Below are positions 36,690 through 46,510 of a stretch of 53,249 nt of DNA, piece after piece. The stretch spans positions 1 through 53,249 of the forward strand of contig DAIPYE010000001.1 in the NCBI GenBank assembly GCA_036782915.1, given 5' to 3'. Source of the stretch: Bacteroidota bacterium. GTDB lineage: Bacteria > Bacteroidota > Ignavibacteria > Tepidaquicellales > Tepidaquicellaceae. The translations under genes were made by a program, and so were the position numbers. The notes below the pieces were generated by a model. It was not told the origin of the DNA and did no database searches. It saw nothing but the letters and a program-made list of their open reading frames with translations. Within the stretch, counting starts at the first letter, position 1. Each line of letters begins with the position of its first letter.

Positions 36690-38003
36690 TTATCCTATTT
36701 TTAAATCATCATAAAGTTTAAACCTTGAAGTAAGGATCTTAACTTCTTCACTCACATCTTTTTTTACTTTATCATCTTTTGGACTGGAGATTACACGGTT
36801 GATCATTTCTGCAATAATTTCCATATCAGATTCGACCATACCTCTTGTAGTAAGTGCAGGAGTTCCTATCCTTATTCCGCTTGTTATTAGAGGGCTTTTA
36901 TCATCGAATGGAACTGCATTTTTATTACAAGTGATTCCGATTTCATCAAGAGCTTCTTCGGCAGCTTTTCCGGAAATATTTTTATTTCTCAGATCGATAA
37001 GCATAAGATGATTATCAGTACCTCCGGAAATCACCTTGAAATCAAGCGACATAAGTTTCTTTGAAAATGCCTGAGCGTTTTTAATTACCTGTTTTGCATA
37101 ATCAAGAAAACTGTCTTCGAGAACTTCCTTAAATGAAACTGCTTTAGCTGCAATAACATGCATTAGCGGCCCGCCCTGAATTCCGGGCATTACCATTGAA
37201 TCAAGTAACTCACTCATCATCTTTGTCCTTCCGGATTTTGGGGCGGTTTTTCCGAACGGATTTTCAAAATCCTTTCCCATCATTATCATTCCGCCTCTTG
37301 GTCCTCTTAATGTTTTATGAGTTGTCGTAGTTATTACGTGGCAATATGGAACAGGATCATTCAATAATTTTTTTGCTATTAGTCCTGCAGGATGAGCAAT
37401 ATCAGCCCAGAGAAATGCTCCGACTTTATCTGCTATTTCCCTGAATTTTTTATAATCAATATTTCGTGAATATGCACTTGCTCCGACGGTGATCATTTTT
37501 GGTTTTTCTTTTAATACCACCTGTTCTATTAAATCATAGTCAAGCAATTCAGTTTCAGGATTTATTCCGTATTGTGTGAAATTATAAAACTGACCTGAAA
37601 AATTAACCGGTGATCCGTGTGTGAGATGTCCTCCGTGAGAAAGATCCATTCCCATTAATTTATCACCCGGTTTTACAAATGTAAAATAAACAGCCATGTT
37701 TGCCTGACTGCCGGAATGAGGCTGAACATTTACATACTCAGCTCCGAAAATTTGCTTTGCTCTGTCTCTGGCAAGATTTTCAGCAACATCTACAAACTCG
37801 CAGCCGCCGTAATATCTTTTCCCCGGGTAACCTTCAGCATATTTATTAGTCAGTGTCGATCCAAGTGCCTGTATAACAGCATTTGACACAAAATTTTCCG
37901 AAGCGATTAATTCAAGTTTTTCTGACTGTCTTCCTGTTTCATTTTTTATTGTTTCGAAAATTTCAGGATCGTATTCTTTTAGATTATGATTGATCGTGTA
38001 CAT
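36690..38003 (-). CDS. glyA: Serine hydroxymethyltransferase
   Basis: 437 aa. Motif [14 protein letters not shown] (PLP lysine). Confidence 0.95.
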   Translation of the reverse strand: MYTINHNLKEYDPEIFETIKNETGRQSEKLELIASENFVSNAVIQALGSTLTNKYAEGYPGKRYYGGCEFVDVAENLARDRAKQIFGAEYVNVQPHSGSQANMAVYFTFVKPGDKLMGMDLSHGGHLTHGSPVNFSGQFYNFTQYGINPETELLDYDLIEQVVLKEKPKMITVGASAYSRNIDYKKFREIADKVGAFLWADIAHPAGLIAKKLLNDPVPYCHVITTTTHKTLRGPRGGMIMMGKDFENPFGKTAPKSGRTKMMSELLDSMVMPGIQGGPLMHVIAAKAVSFKEVLEDSFLDYAKQVIKNAQAFSKKLMSLDFKVISGGTDNHLMLIDLRNKNISGKAAEEALDEIGITCNKNAVPFDDKSPLITSGIRIGTPALTTRGMVESDMEIIAEMINRVISSPKDDKVKKDVSEEVKILTSRFKLYDDLKIG

Positions 38004-38084
38004 TTGATTAGTTAATTGTTCAAAAAATTATTTTTAAAAATTATTAATTTATAAAATAAAACTTCATTTTACATTAATTAAAAA

Positions 38085-39344
38085 TTACTTGTCTTCATCC
38101 CTGGGTCTTATGAACCAGAGTTCACCGAAATTGACTGCCAAAGTAAAATTCAAAAACTCATCTTTTATTAAACCCGGTTCGTTCTTTCCTTTTACCGAAT
38201 AATTAAATCCAAAATCAAATGAATTGTATGTGCTGATCGGAATATTTACGCCTGCTCTTATACCAAATCCTGTAACATCCTGATCTGCCACTCTGTAATA
38301 GAATTTTTCATAAAATCCGCCGAATCTGTAACTCATACTTCCGAAGAATGAAAAATTATCCGGGTTCGGTCTTATTTCCATTCCCAGACCCGCTCTGTAT
38401 CCTGATGTAAAATTAGGGTTGCTCATATTAAAAGAACTGTATCTGCTCCAATCCTGTATCAACAAATCAGCGCTTACAAGATATTTTTTGCCGAATAGAT
38501 TGGAAATTCCGATACTGTAAGAATAAGGAATTATTGTTTCACCCTGATTTAAAGTAACAGTATCTATATTTGCTGAAGTTCTGTAAATTCCTATCTGATC
38601 AGATGATAAATTTGCTCCTGACTGATATGCTATTCCTAAGGAAAGATCTCTTATGGCAAAATTATTAAGAAGTTTCCCGATCTCAAATATAGCCCCCGCT
38701 TTAAATATTGATCCCTCTAAAGAATTTTCACTTCTTAAAACAGAATTTGTATAAGAAGCATTATTAAAATTTATATAATTTATTCTTTCGATAGTACCAA
38801 ATGCATAATCATATTCGACTCCAATGCTTATTTTTCTGATAATATTGTAACACATACCGACATTTAATCTTGATAAACCTCCGTTTCCTGAATAAGTCTG
38901 GGTAAAATCCTGACCTCCAGCGTTGCCATCAACAAGTACTTTATAGTTTACAAGTGAATATGGATTAAATCCGATTGACAAACCCCATCCTCTGACCTGA
39001 TCAAAAGGAATTCCCAGATTCAGACCAAGTACGTTTCCGTCTGAAACATTATTCACGGAATTTCCGCTTGATGATCTTAAAAAACCGTAATTGAAGTTTG
39101 TGGATATTATTGTATTTTTTAATTTTGTAAGAGCTGCAGGATTAAATGTATTTACATAATTACCAAACAGCGAAGTACCCATAATTCCCATTGAATAAGT
39201 CCTTGTGCTGCTGTAATAATTTACATCACCAATTCCGAAAATAGAATAAGGTGATCCTCCGGTAAATTCATTTTGCTGAGAATAGCTTTTTCCGGAGAAA
39301 ATTAATACAAGAAAAATTATAATCAGAGCGAATTTCATTTTCAT
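38085..39344 (-). CDS. Hypothetical outer-membrane beta-barrel protein
   Basis: 419 aa. Signal peptide ending GKSYSQ. The body is G/Y/N/S/F-rich with alternating strand-like periodicity throughout. The start shares one nucleotide with the upstream lipoprotein stop. The C-terminus (IRPRDEDK) lacks the usual terminal Phe. Confidence 0.6.
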   Translation of the reverse strand: MKMKFALIIIFLVLIFSGKSYSQQNEFTGGSPYSIFGIGDVNYYSSTRTYSMGIMGTSLFGNYVNTFNPAALTKLKNTIISTNFNYGFLRSSSGNSVNNVSDGNVLGLNLGIPFDQVRGWGLSIGFNPYSLVNYKVLVDGNAGGQDFTQTYSGNGGLSRLNVGMCYNIIRKISIGVEYDYAFGTIERINYINFNNASYTNSVLRSENSLEGSIFKAGAIFEIGKLLNNFAIRDLSLGIAYQSGANLSSDQIGIYRTSANIDTVTLNQGETIIPYSYSIGISNLFGKKYLVSADLLIQDWSRYSSFNMSNPNFTSGYRAGLGMEIRPNPDNFSFFGSMSYRFGGFYEKFYYRVADQDVTGFGIRAGVNIPISTYNSFDFGFNYSVKGKNEPGLIKDEFLNFTLAVNFGELWFIRPRDEDK

Positions 39345-40558
39345 TATTGATACCTTAATGTATAAGTTATTTTTAATCTTGGCCTTTTTGACGGATCTGT
39401 ATAAGATGGCGAGTAAAAAGCAAAATAATTCAGATTCTGAATTTCAGATGCATTCTTCATAGTAATCCCTAAATTAGGCATTAATCCGCTGTCCCATCTC
39501 TGGAAAACACTGTTCAAAGAAACCGAATAAACTATTGTGTCAAGCAAAAATGCATTTGTAAAAATACTGTCTTTTTTTAACACACTGTCTGTTACCATTC
39601 CAATTACAACAGTTTTATTTGAACTTGCTGAATAATATGAATTAGCATTATCAAGAGTAAACTGAAGCGTGGCATTATTGATTGTTACATTTGGCGGAAG
39701 CTTTGACAGATCAAAATTTAGAATATTCCTGTATGCAATTCCGTTTTGAAGAAGGAATCTGTCTTGCGGTATGATTATCGGAGCAGCATTTGAAAGAGTA
39801 ACTCCTAAGGATGCAATAAGCTTAATAGTATCTGTAACACCATTTTTAGTGACTATAGCAGTAACAGTAGGAACATAACTGACATTATCATTGAATACAA
39901 AAAATCCTTTTATTGTTGTGGAGCTCAAACCCGGTAAAAATGCCATACCGTAATTTTCCACAGGATATGTGGTATCAGCTGCATATTCAAACCAGTCCTT
40001 TACAAAAGCAGGATCCAGATCAACATTTATGGATGAAGAGTCCTGCACTACTGAACTGAAACTTCCGACTGTTGCAATTCCAAAATCTGATGCTGACACT
40101 GAATCATAAGTAATGGTATTGTAATTAAGATTGCTGACTACTCTGTGAACACTGAAATCAGTTAATCCCTGTTTATCCTGAAAAGAATAATCACCGTATC
40201 TGAGATTCAGCACTGCAGAGATCACATTTGCACTGTCATAATCAGAAGGAAGACTGTAAAATTTCAACAAAGCTTTTGAACTGTAATTCTGATAATTTCC
40301 GATCATTAAATTTGTAGCAAGTACAGTATTAATGTAATATTCGTAATTATTGCTTGTAATAGTCATTGAGTCAGTTTCAGAATCAAGAAATCTTACTCCT
40401 GTTGTATCAGTTGCGGGTATATAATTTATTCCGACATCATTTGGATTATTTTCACATCCCTGAAAAGATAAAATTACAGCTGCAGTAAATGAAATTATAA
40501 TTGCAGATATTTTTTTTATGATATTGATCTGTTTTACTGTTTTTATTGAACTTTTCAA
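39344..40558 (-). CDS. Hypothetical lipoprotein, possibly DUF4270-like
   Basis: 404 aa. Lipobox SFQGC. The body is S/T/N-rich and beta-rich. From memory (not verified), DUF4270 lipoproteins sit next to glycogen-synthase-like genes in Bacteroidota, as this one does. Confidence 0.55.
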   Translation of the reverse strand: MKSSIKTVKQINIIKKISAIIISFTAAVILSFQGCENNPNDVGINYIPATDTTGVRFLDSETDSMTITSNNYEYYINTVLATNLMIGNYQNYSSKALLKFYSLPSDYDSANVISAVLNLRYGDYSFQDKQGLTDFSVHRVVSNLNYNTITYDSVSASDFGIATVGSFSSVVQDSSSINVDLDPAFVKDWFEYAADTTYPVENYGMAFLPGLSSTTIKGFFVFNDNVSYVPTVTAIVTKNGVTDTIKLIASLGVTLSNAAPIIIPQDRFLLQNGIAYRNILNFDLSKLPPNVTINNATLQFTLDNANSYYSASSNKTVVIGMVTDSVLKKDSIFTNAFLLDTIVYSVSLNSVFQRWDSGLMPNLGITMKNASEIQNLNYFAFYSPSYTDPSKRPRLKITYTLRYQ

Positions 40559-40586
40559 TTATTTCTTAAAATTCTGTTAAAAAATT

Positions 40587-41165
40587 TTACTGCTTAATAA
40601 ATTTTTTGCTTATGATTTCCGATGCTTCAAAAAGATTTTCTGCAATATAATCAATGAAAATTTTTTCTTCTTTACATTTTTTGTAAGTATCTTCTCCGTA
40701 TCCGGTTTTGACAAGTACTCTCCTCAGTCCCGCATTTTCAGCGCATTTCATATCCGTGTAACTGTCTCCGATAAAATATGATTCCTGTAAGTCAATATTG
40801 AATTTTGCAGCAGCTTTGAGTATCAATCCCGTACCGGGCTTTCTGTCAGGACTTTCTTTTTTATATTTTTCAATTATTCCGTCAGAGAGATACGGTGAAT
40901 AAAATATATCATCAATAAGTTCATTTCCGTTTTCTCTAAGGATTTTTCTAATGCAGGTATGAATTTTATCAAGATCTTCCTCCGTCAGAAATCCTCTGGC
41001 AATACCTGACTGATTCGTTATTACAATATTTAAATAGCCTGAATTTTTAAAATTCCGGAGTGCATTAACTGTATTTGGAATAATCCTGATGTCTTCCGTA
41101 TTTATTAAATAATTTACTTCCTCATTTATAGTACCGTCCCTGTCCAGAAATATTGCTTTGTTCAT
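40587..41165 (-). CDS. gmhB: D-glycero-beta-D-manno-heptose 1,7-bisphosphate 7-phosphatase-like HAD-IIIA hydrolase
   Basis: 192 aa. Motifs AIFLDRDGTIN, VITNQSGIARG and IGDSYTDM. Confidence 0.78.
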   Translation of the reverse strand: MNKAIFLDRDGTINEEVNYLINTEDIRIIPNTVNALRNFKNSGYLNIVITNQSGIARGFLTEEDLDKIHTCIRKILRENGNELIDDIFYSPYLSDGIIEKYKKESPDRKPGTGLILKAAAKFNIDLQESYFIGDSYTDMKCAENAGLRRVLVKTGYGEDTYKKCKEEKIFIDYIAENLFEASEIISKKFIKQ

Positions 41166-41186
41166 TCACTGAAATCCAATAAAGAT

Positions 41187-42671
41187 TTATCTTTTAGAAG
41201 ATGCAACGTCTTTGTATAATTTCATATACTTAAGAGCCGAAACTTTCCACGAGAAATCAAGCGACATTCCTTCCCTTACCAGTTTATACCATTTATTCTT
41301 ATCCTTAAATAATTCCAGTGCTGATTTAATGGTCTTCATCAGATCATTCTGATCATATTTGTCAAATAAAAATCCGTTACCCTTTGGTTTTCTGTAATCA
41401 ATAATTGTATCTGCAAGTCCTCCTGTATTTCTTACTATCGGAACAGTTCCGTATCTGAGACTGTACATTTGATTTAATCCGCAAGGCTCATACTTTGATG
41501 GCATTAAAAACATATCTGATGCAGCTTCAATATAATGTGCTAACTCTTCATCAAACCCGATATGAACAGCAAGTTTATTCTTATATTTCTTTTCAGCTTT
41601 CTTTAAAAATTTCTGATATTTTTCCTCTCCTGTCCCGAGTATTATCATCTGCACATTCTCTTTCATCAGCATTGGCATGATCTTTTCTATCAGATCAAAG
41701 CCTTTCTGATCAACAAGTCTGCTAATTACTCCGATCAATGGTATATCTTCATTGAATTCGATTTTGTACTTGCTTAACAGCTCTCTTTTATTTTCATATT
41801 TGAGAGGAACTTCCTGATGTGTATATCTGAAAGGGATCAGCTTATCCACATTCGGATTCCAAATTGAATAATCAATTCCGTTAAGAATACCAACCATATC
41901 TTTTTTTCTTGCATTCAATACATCTTCAAGTCCACAGCCGTATTCTTTATCAGTTCTTATCTCTTCTGAATATTTCTGGCTTACTGTACTGATCTTATCA
42001 GCATAATTCAGTCCGGTTTTCAGATAACTGAACTTTCCGAAATGAAGTCCGCCTTTTTCCGTGAATACAGAATCCGGCATTTTGGTTTTTTCAAAAGTTG
42101 TTTTCGGAAAATTTCCCTGATATGCAAGATTATGAATGGTGAATACTGTCTTTATATCTGAAATATATGGATTATTCTTATATAAAGTTTTGATCATTGC
42201 GGGTATTAACCCTGTCTGCCAGTCATTACAATGAATAACATCCGGTTTCCATTGCAGAATTTCCAGTATTTCTATAACTGCTGTGCAAAAGAATAAATAT
42301 CTTTCATCATTATTCGGAAAATCTCTTTTGGTTTTGGAATTCTGATATATTCCTTTGTTTTTGAAATAATCATTACTTTCCAAAAGATACATTTGAGCCT
42401 TGGTATTTTTTCCGTGTATAAAAGAAGATTTTATACTGAATTTTGTATCTTTCCCGTTAACTTTAATTTTAAGCTCTTTTAAACGCTTAATTTCATGGAT
42501 CTGCAAACGACGTTCATCGAGCTGTCCGTATTTCGGACTTATAATCCTAACGTCATTACCTAATGAATTTAAAGCTTGCGGAAGGGAGTTGGAAACATCA
42601 GCCAAGCCACCTGTTTTTGAATAAGGGAAAACTTCACTGGTTACGAAAAGTACATTAAAGCCTTTAGCCAT
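41187..42671 (-). CDS. glgA: Glycogen (starch) synthase, GT5
   Basis: 494 aa. N-terminal VTSEVFPYSKTGGLADV (KTGGL motif) and C-terminal PSKYEPCGLNQMYSLRYGTVPIVRNTGGLADT. Confidence 0.92.
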   Translation of the reverse strand: MAKGFNVLFVTSEVFPYSKTGGLADVSNSLPQALNSLGNDVRIISPKYGQLDERRLQIHEIKRLKELKIKVNGKDTKFSIKSSFIHGKNTKAQMYLLESNDYFKNKGIYQNSKTKRDFPNNDERYLFFCTAVIEILEILQWKPDVIHCNDWQTGLIPAMIKTLYKNNPYISDIKTVFTIHNLAYQGNFPKTTFEKTKMPDSVFTEKGGLHFGKFSYLKTGLNYADKISTVSQKYSEEIRTDKEYGCGLEDVLNARKKDMVGILNGIDYSIWNPNVDKLIPFRYTHQEVPLKYENKRELLSKYKIEFNEDIPLIGVISRLVDQKGFDLIEKIMPMLMKENVQMIILGTGEEKYQKFLKKAEKKYKNKLAVHIGFDEELAHYIEAASDMFLMPSKYEPCGLNQMYSLRYGTVPIVRNTGGLADTIIDYRKPKGNGFLFDKYDQNDLMKTIKSALELFKDKNKWYKLVREGMSLDFSWKVSALKYMKLYKDVASSKR

Positions 42672-42964
42672 TAAAGAATTGTTTTATGCAAAATTACTTA
42701 TTATGTCTATGATTAGCAATGTAATTTAAACTCTATTCATCAGTTTTAAGACTGTTGTCAGGTATTTCAATTCAATTTTAAAAATTAAATTTATAATTAT
42801 CCTGCACATTTGTTCAATATTCAAATAACTCAGATTACTGGTTTTGATTTAAACTTAAATGTCAGCAAAATTATAAAAATTTATCCGAAAAATATATTTT
42901 TCCATTAACAACAAATAATAATTTGACTAAATTGTACTCACATTAAAATTTTAACTCCTAAAAC

Positions 42965-43582
42965 TTGCACTTAAATAAAACAGCAAAAACATCCTTATTT
43001 ATTTTAATAGTCGGCGCAATATTCTGGCTTGGTGCAATAAATGTAAGATTCTTCATTGGAAATCAGCTTTTGAATTATGATGAATTTAATTTCAGAACTT
43101 CAATTCCACCGGATGAGGAAAATCAGATCTTCAAAATGGTAGCTGATGCTTCAATGCTTATAATGGTATTTTATCCGATCGTTCTTATATCAGCAATAAT
43201 TTTTATGAAAAGCTGCGGGATAAATCTCAGAGAAAATCCATGGCTCCTTATGAGTGCTATTCTTTTCTTTGTATTTGTGCCGGTTGAGTTTTATACTTCC
43301 TATCTGGATCTGAAATTTATTCTCCTTTTTAATCAAAGGCCGGAAAATCATGACAGACTGCTGGAGTTATTCGGTGAACGGATCGGATTTTTAAGAGGTG
43401 TTCCATGGATAGCTGTAATGTGCTATTATACAATTATCTGGATGTCTGTATTCAAACCGCTTAAAAAGACGCTGTCAGAGCTGGAAGAAGAAGAAGTAAA
43501 ACTTCAGGATGTTCACGGATATAAATATATTTTTCATGAAGATGATGACCTGATAATTAATGTAAACAGTGAATCTAAATAA
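42965..43582 (+). CDS. Hypothetical polytopic membrane protein
   Basis: 205 aa with a TTG start. About 4 TM helices and an acidic C-terminal tail. No recognisable motif. Confidence 0.5.
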   Translation: MHLNKTAKTSLFILIVGAIFWLGAINVRFFIGNQLLNYDEFNFRTSIPPDEENQIFKMVADASMLIMVFYPIVLISAIIFMKSCGINLRENPWLLMSAILFFVFVPVEFYTSYLDLKFILLFNQRPENHDRLLELFGERIGFLRGVPWIAVMCYYTIIWMSVFKPLKKTLSELEEEEVKLQDVHGYKYIFHEDDDLIINVNSESK

Positions 43583-43651
43583 TATTTACTCCATATTATT
43601 ACCGCATATTTTGAATTTTAAAAATAATTTTTTCTTACCTGTAAAATCAAT

Positions 43652-43960
43652 TTGGCAAAATTAATCAAAAAATCTCCAAAATCTGTTACTGATGAGAAAA
43701 AGGAAATTCTTATTCAGGAACTTATAGAAGTTCTCGATAAACTAGGTTATTCTGTAAGAGTTGAAAAAGGAGTTTTTAAAGGCGGATTTTGTCTGCTAAG
43801 AGAGCAAAAGATTTTTTTATTGAATAAAAATCTTGAACAGGATAAAAAGATCGGCATTCTTGTAAGAAATATTGCCGAAGCCGGCGCTGATGAACTTTAC
43901 TTAAAACCTAATATCAGAGAACTGGTTGACAGAGAAACAGGAAATGAAAAATTATTGTGA
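43652..43960 (+). CDS. Hypothetical small soluble protein
   Basis: 102 aa with a TTG start. Compositionally gene-like, but I recognise no motif. Confidence 0.45.
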   Translation: MAKLIKKSPKSVTDEKKEILIQELIEVLDKLGYSVRVEKGVFKGGFCLLREQKIFLLNKNLEQDKKIGILVRNIAEAGADELYLKPNIRELVDRETGNEKLL

Positions 43961-43981
43961 ATTTTTAAATAAATAATTCTG

Positions 43982-44746
43982 ATGAAAGTTATTATACTCG
44001 GCTCGGGAACATCTCAGGGCGTTCCGGTGATCGGCTGCAATTGTGAAACCTGCATTTCCTCAAATCCAAAGGATAAGAGACTGAGAACTTCTGCTTACAT
44101 AGAAGTAGACGGACTGAAATTGCTTATTGACACATCAATTGATTTCAGACAGCAAATGCTTAAGAATAAGATCAGTGATGTCGATGCAGTGCTTTATACT
44201 CACCATCATGTCGATCATATTAACGGGATGGATGATCTTCGCCAGATAACTCAGAAGCATGATAAATTCATTGATCTTTATGGAAATCAGACAACTGTAG
44301 ATGAAATGAAAATTTCTTTTCGCTATGTTTTTGATGAAGAACTTATAAAATATAAATCCGTTCCGCTGGTTAAATTCCATGTTATTAAAAATAAAATATT
44401 CAAGATCAAGGACACAGAGATCATTCCTATCGAATGTTTGCACGGAAATTTAAAAATATTCGGGTTTAGAATTAAGAATTTTGCATATATCACGGATTGC
44501 AGTTCGATATCTGATGAAGAAGCAAAAAAACTTACAGGTTTGAAAGTTCTTGTACTGAATGCATTAAGGATCAGGCCGCATCCTACACATCTTAATCTGC
44601 AGGAAGCCATTGAGATATCAAAAAAAGCAAAACCTAAAAAAACCTACTTCACACATCTGACTCATGATATTTTGCATGAAAAGATAAATTCAACTCTGCC
44701 GAAAGGAATTGAACTTGCATACGACAACCTTGAATTTAATATTTAG
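43982..44746 (+). CDS. MBL-fold metallo-hydrolase (PhnP/GPMC-like)
   Basis: 254 aa. ILGSGTSQGVP, a Cys cluster CNCETC, and the HHHVDH metallo-beta-lactamase motif. Confidence 0.85.
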   Translation: MKVIILGSGTSQGVPVIGCNCETCISSNPKDKRLRTSAYIEVDGLKLLIDTSIDFRQQMLKNKISDVDAVLYTHHHVDHINGMDDLRQITQKHDKFIDLYGNQTTVDEMKISFRYVFDEELIKYKSVPLVKFHVIKNKIFKIKDTEIIPIECLHGNLKIFGFRIKNFAYITDCSSISDEEAKKLTGLKVLVLNALRIRPHPTHLNLQEAIEISKKAKPKKTYFTHLTHDILHEKINSTLPKGIELAYDNLEFNI

Positions 44747-44755
44747 TACATTACA

Positions 44756-45523
44756 ATGAAAAATACTCTGTTAAAAGCTGCAACCGAAGCAGGAAAAATA
44801 TTAGAAAGTAATTTCGGTGGCAGTTTTAAGATCTCAAGCAAGGATGTTGTATCTAATCTTGTAACGGAAATTGATAAAATGTCAGAAGATAAGATCATAG
44901 AAATTATAAAAGCAGATTTCCCTTCGCATGACATAATATCCGAAGAAGCCGGTTCAATTTTTCAGGAATCTGAATTTAAATGGATCATAGATCCGATTGA
45001 CGGAACTGTAAATTATGCTCATTCAATCCCTCTGACCTGTGTTTCCATTGCATTAGAAAAGAATGGTAATGTTATCATGGGAGTTGTTTTTAATCCCATC
45101 TCAAATGAATTTTTCTTTTCTGAAAAAGGAAAAGGTTCATCTCTTAATGAGGAAAAAATATCAGTTTCAAAAACAGATGATGTGAACAGATCTTTACTGG
45201 TTACCGGTTTTCCTTATGACTCAAGCAGTTACAAGCCTGATCCTGTGACAATATTTAAAAAATTTATGATGCGGGATATTCCCATTAGAAGACTCGGATC
45301 TGCTGCATTGGATCTTTGCTGGACTGCCTGCGGAAGGTTTGAAGGATTCTGGGAATATAATCTGAATGCCTGGGATGTGGCAGCGGGATTTTTAATTCTG
45401 GAAGAAGCCGGAGGGAAAGTTACAAATTTCAAAGGTGAGAAATATTCCATTTACGGAAAACAAATACTTGCTACGAACAGCCTTGTTCATGATCAGATGC
45501 TGGAAATTATCAATGGTGATTAA
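44756..45523 (+). CDS. suhB: Inositol monophosphatase family protein
   Basis: 255 aa. Motifs IIDPIDGTVNYAH and WDVAAGFLILEEAGG. Confidence 0.9.
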   Translation: MKNTLLKAATEAGKILESNFGGSFKISSKDVVSNLVTEIDKMSEDKIIEIIKADFPSHDIISEEAGSIFQESEFKWIIDPIDGTVNYAHSIPLTCVSIALEKNGNVIMGVVFNPISNEFFFSEKGKGSSLNEEKISVSKTDDVNRSLLVTGFPYDSSSYKPDPVTIFKKFMMRDIPIRRLGSAALDLCWTACGRFEGFWEYNLNAWDVAAGFLILEEAGGKVTNFKGEKYSIYGKQILATNSLVHDQMLEIINGD

Positions 45524-45532
45524 ACTCATTTG

Positions 45533-45572
45533 AATCAAAAAAAAAGCAGGATCCATTTCTGATTCCTGCTCT
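45533..45572 (-). terminator. Rho-independent terminator between convergent genes
   Basis: AGCAGGA (45545-45551) and TCCTGCT (45564-45570) form a 7-bp stem. It is preceded on the plus strand by a 9-nt A-run, which is the T-run for the minus-strand DUF1573-like gene. Confidence 0.7.
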
Positions 45573-45595
45573 TAAATTTTATATATCTATATTAC

Positions 45596-46042
45596 TTACT
45601 CTAAAGAAGTATCTATATCACATGAAAATTTCAGATCTTTCTGAGGTGCGTCAGGATCATTTGTAAAAACAACTATATGTTTTTCCTGATGTCCTTCTCT
45701 TCCCTGTGTATTAAATGTAACTTTTATCTCACCGCTTTCACCTTTTGCATATTCATTTTTTCCGCCTGTAGTTGCACCTGTACAGCCGCATGCTGGCTGA
45801 ACTTTTTCAATGATCAAAGGAGATTTTCCTTTGTTGGTGAATTTGAATGAATACTCCAGTTGAGGTCCCTGAGGAACTTTACCAAAGTCATGTGACTCTT
45901 CTTCTAATACTAATTTTGCTGAACTTATAGAAGCTGAGATCTTTGAATTATTTGCCAGTAAAAACATTATTGCTGAAATCGCAAGTATTCCAATAATAAA
46001 AAATCCTGTTTTTGCTGTTTTTGTCTGAATGAAATTACTCAT
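45596..46042 (-). CDS. DUF1573-like exported protein (Ig-like fold, CGC motif)
   Basis: 148 aa. N-terminal anchor, then HDFGKVPQGPQLEYSFKFTNKGKSPLIIEKVQPACGCT, which is the characteristic DUF1573 pattern. The ATG overlaps the upstream stop (ATGA). Confidence 0.75.
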   Translation of the reverse strand: MSNFIQTKTAKTGFFIIGILAISAIMFLLANNSKISASISSAKLVLEEESHDFGKVPQGPQLEYSFKFTNKGKSPLIIEKVQPACGCTGATTGGKNEYAKGESGEIKVTFNTQGREGHQEKHIVVFTNDPDAPQKDLKFSCDIDTSLE

Positions 46043-46494
46043 TGTTGAGTCTCCTTATTTAAATTATTTGTTAAATTTGATTTTATAAAAATTATTATTG
46101 AACCGGTTAAAAGGAATATATCTTCTATTATTCTCATCAAAATATCACTTTTTTCACTCTTTGTTTCCAGAGAAAAACATCCACAACTGATATCAAGTCC
46201 TCTTGCATATGCCTGTGTTAAAGATATAAGAAAAATTATTAATAAAAAAGAGATTATGAATGAACTTCCTCTCTTAAAAATCCCGAAAATAAGGAATATT
46301 CCTGCAATTATTTCCATATAGGGTATAATTATTGCAAAAATGTTTATAAACATGTCCGGAAGGAATTTATAATTATAAATAGCTCTTGCAAAAGCTTCCT
46401 GATTCATAACCTTATCTAATGATGCAAATACAAAAAATCCGCCTACAATCAGCCTTATTACAATTAAAAAATATTTATTTGATAGAAAATTCAT
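46039..46494 (-). CDS. MauE/DoxX-family integral membrane protein
   Basis: Four TM helices and the SCGCF motif (DISCGCFSLE) seen in MauE-type proteins. I start it at the internal ATG (46494). The track start at 46560 would overlap the rhodanese gene by 50 nt. Confidence 0.65.
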   Translation of the reverse strand: MNFLSNKYFLIVIRLIVGGFFVFASLDKVMNQEAFARAIYNYKFLPDMFINIFAIIIPYMEIIAGIFLIFGIFKRGSSFIISFLLIIFLISLTQAYARGLDISCGCFSLETKSEKSDILMRIIEDIFLLTGSIIIFIKSNLTNNLNKETQQ

Positions 46495-46510
46495 TTGATT
46501 TAAATTGATT

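Noticed and set aside
42929-42955. Sigma-70-like promoter TTGACT-N15-TAAAAT upstream of the 42965 gene.
   Set aside because: The 15-nt spacer is too short for a canonical sigma-70 promoter, and FCB-group housekeeping promoters use different -33/-7 elements. It is not supportable beyond a word match.
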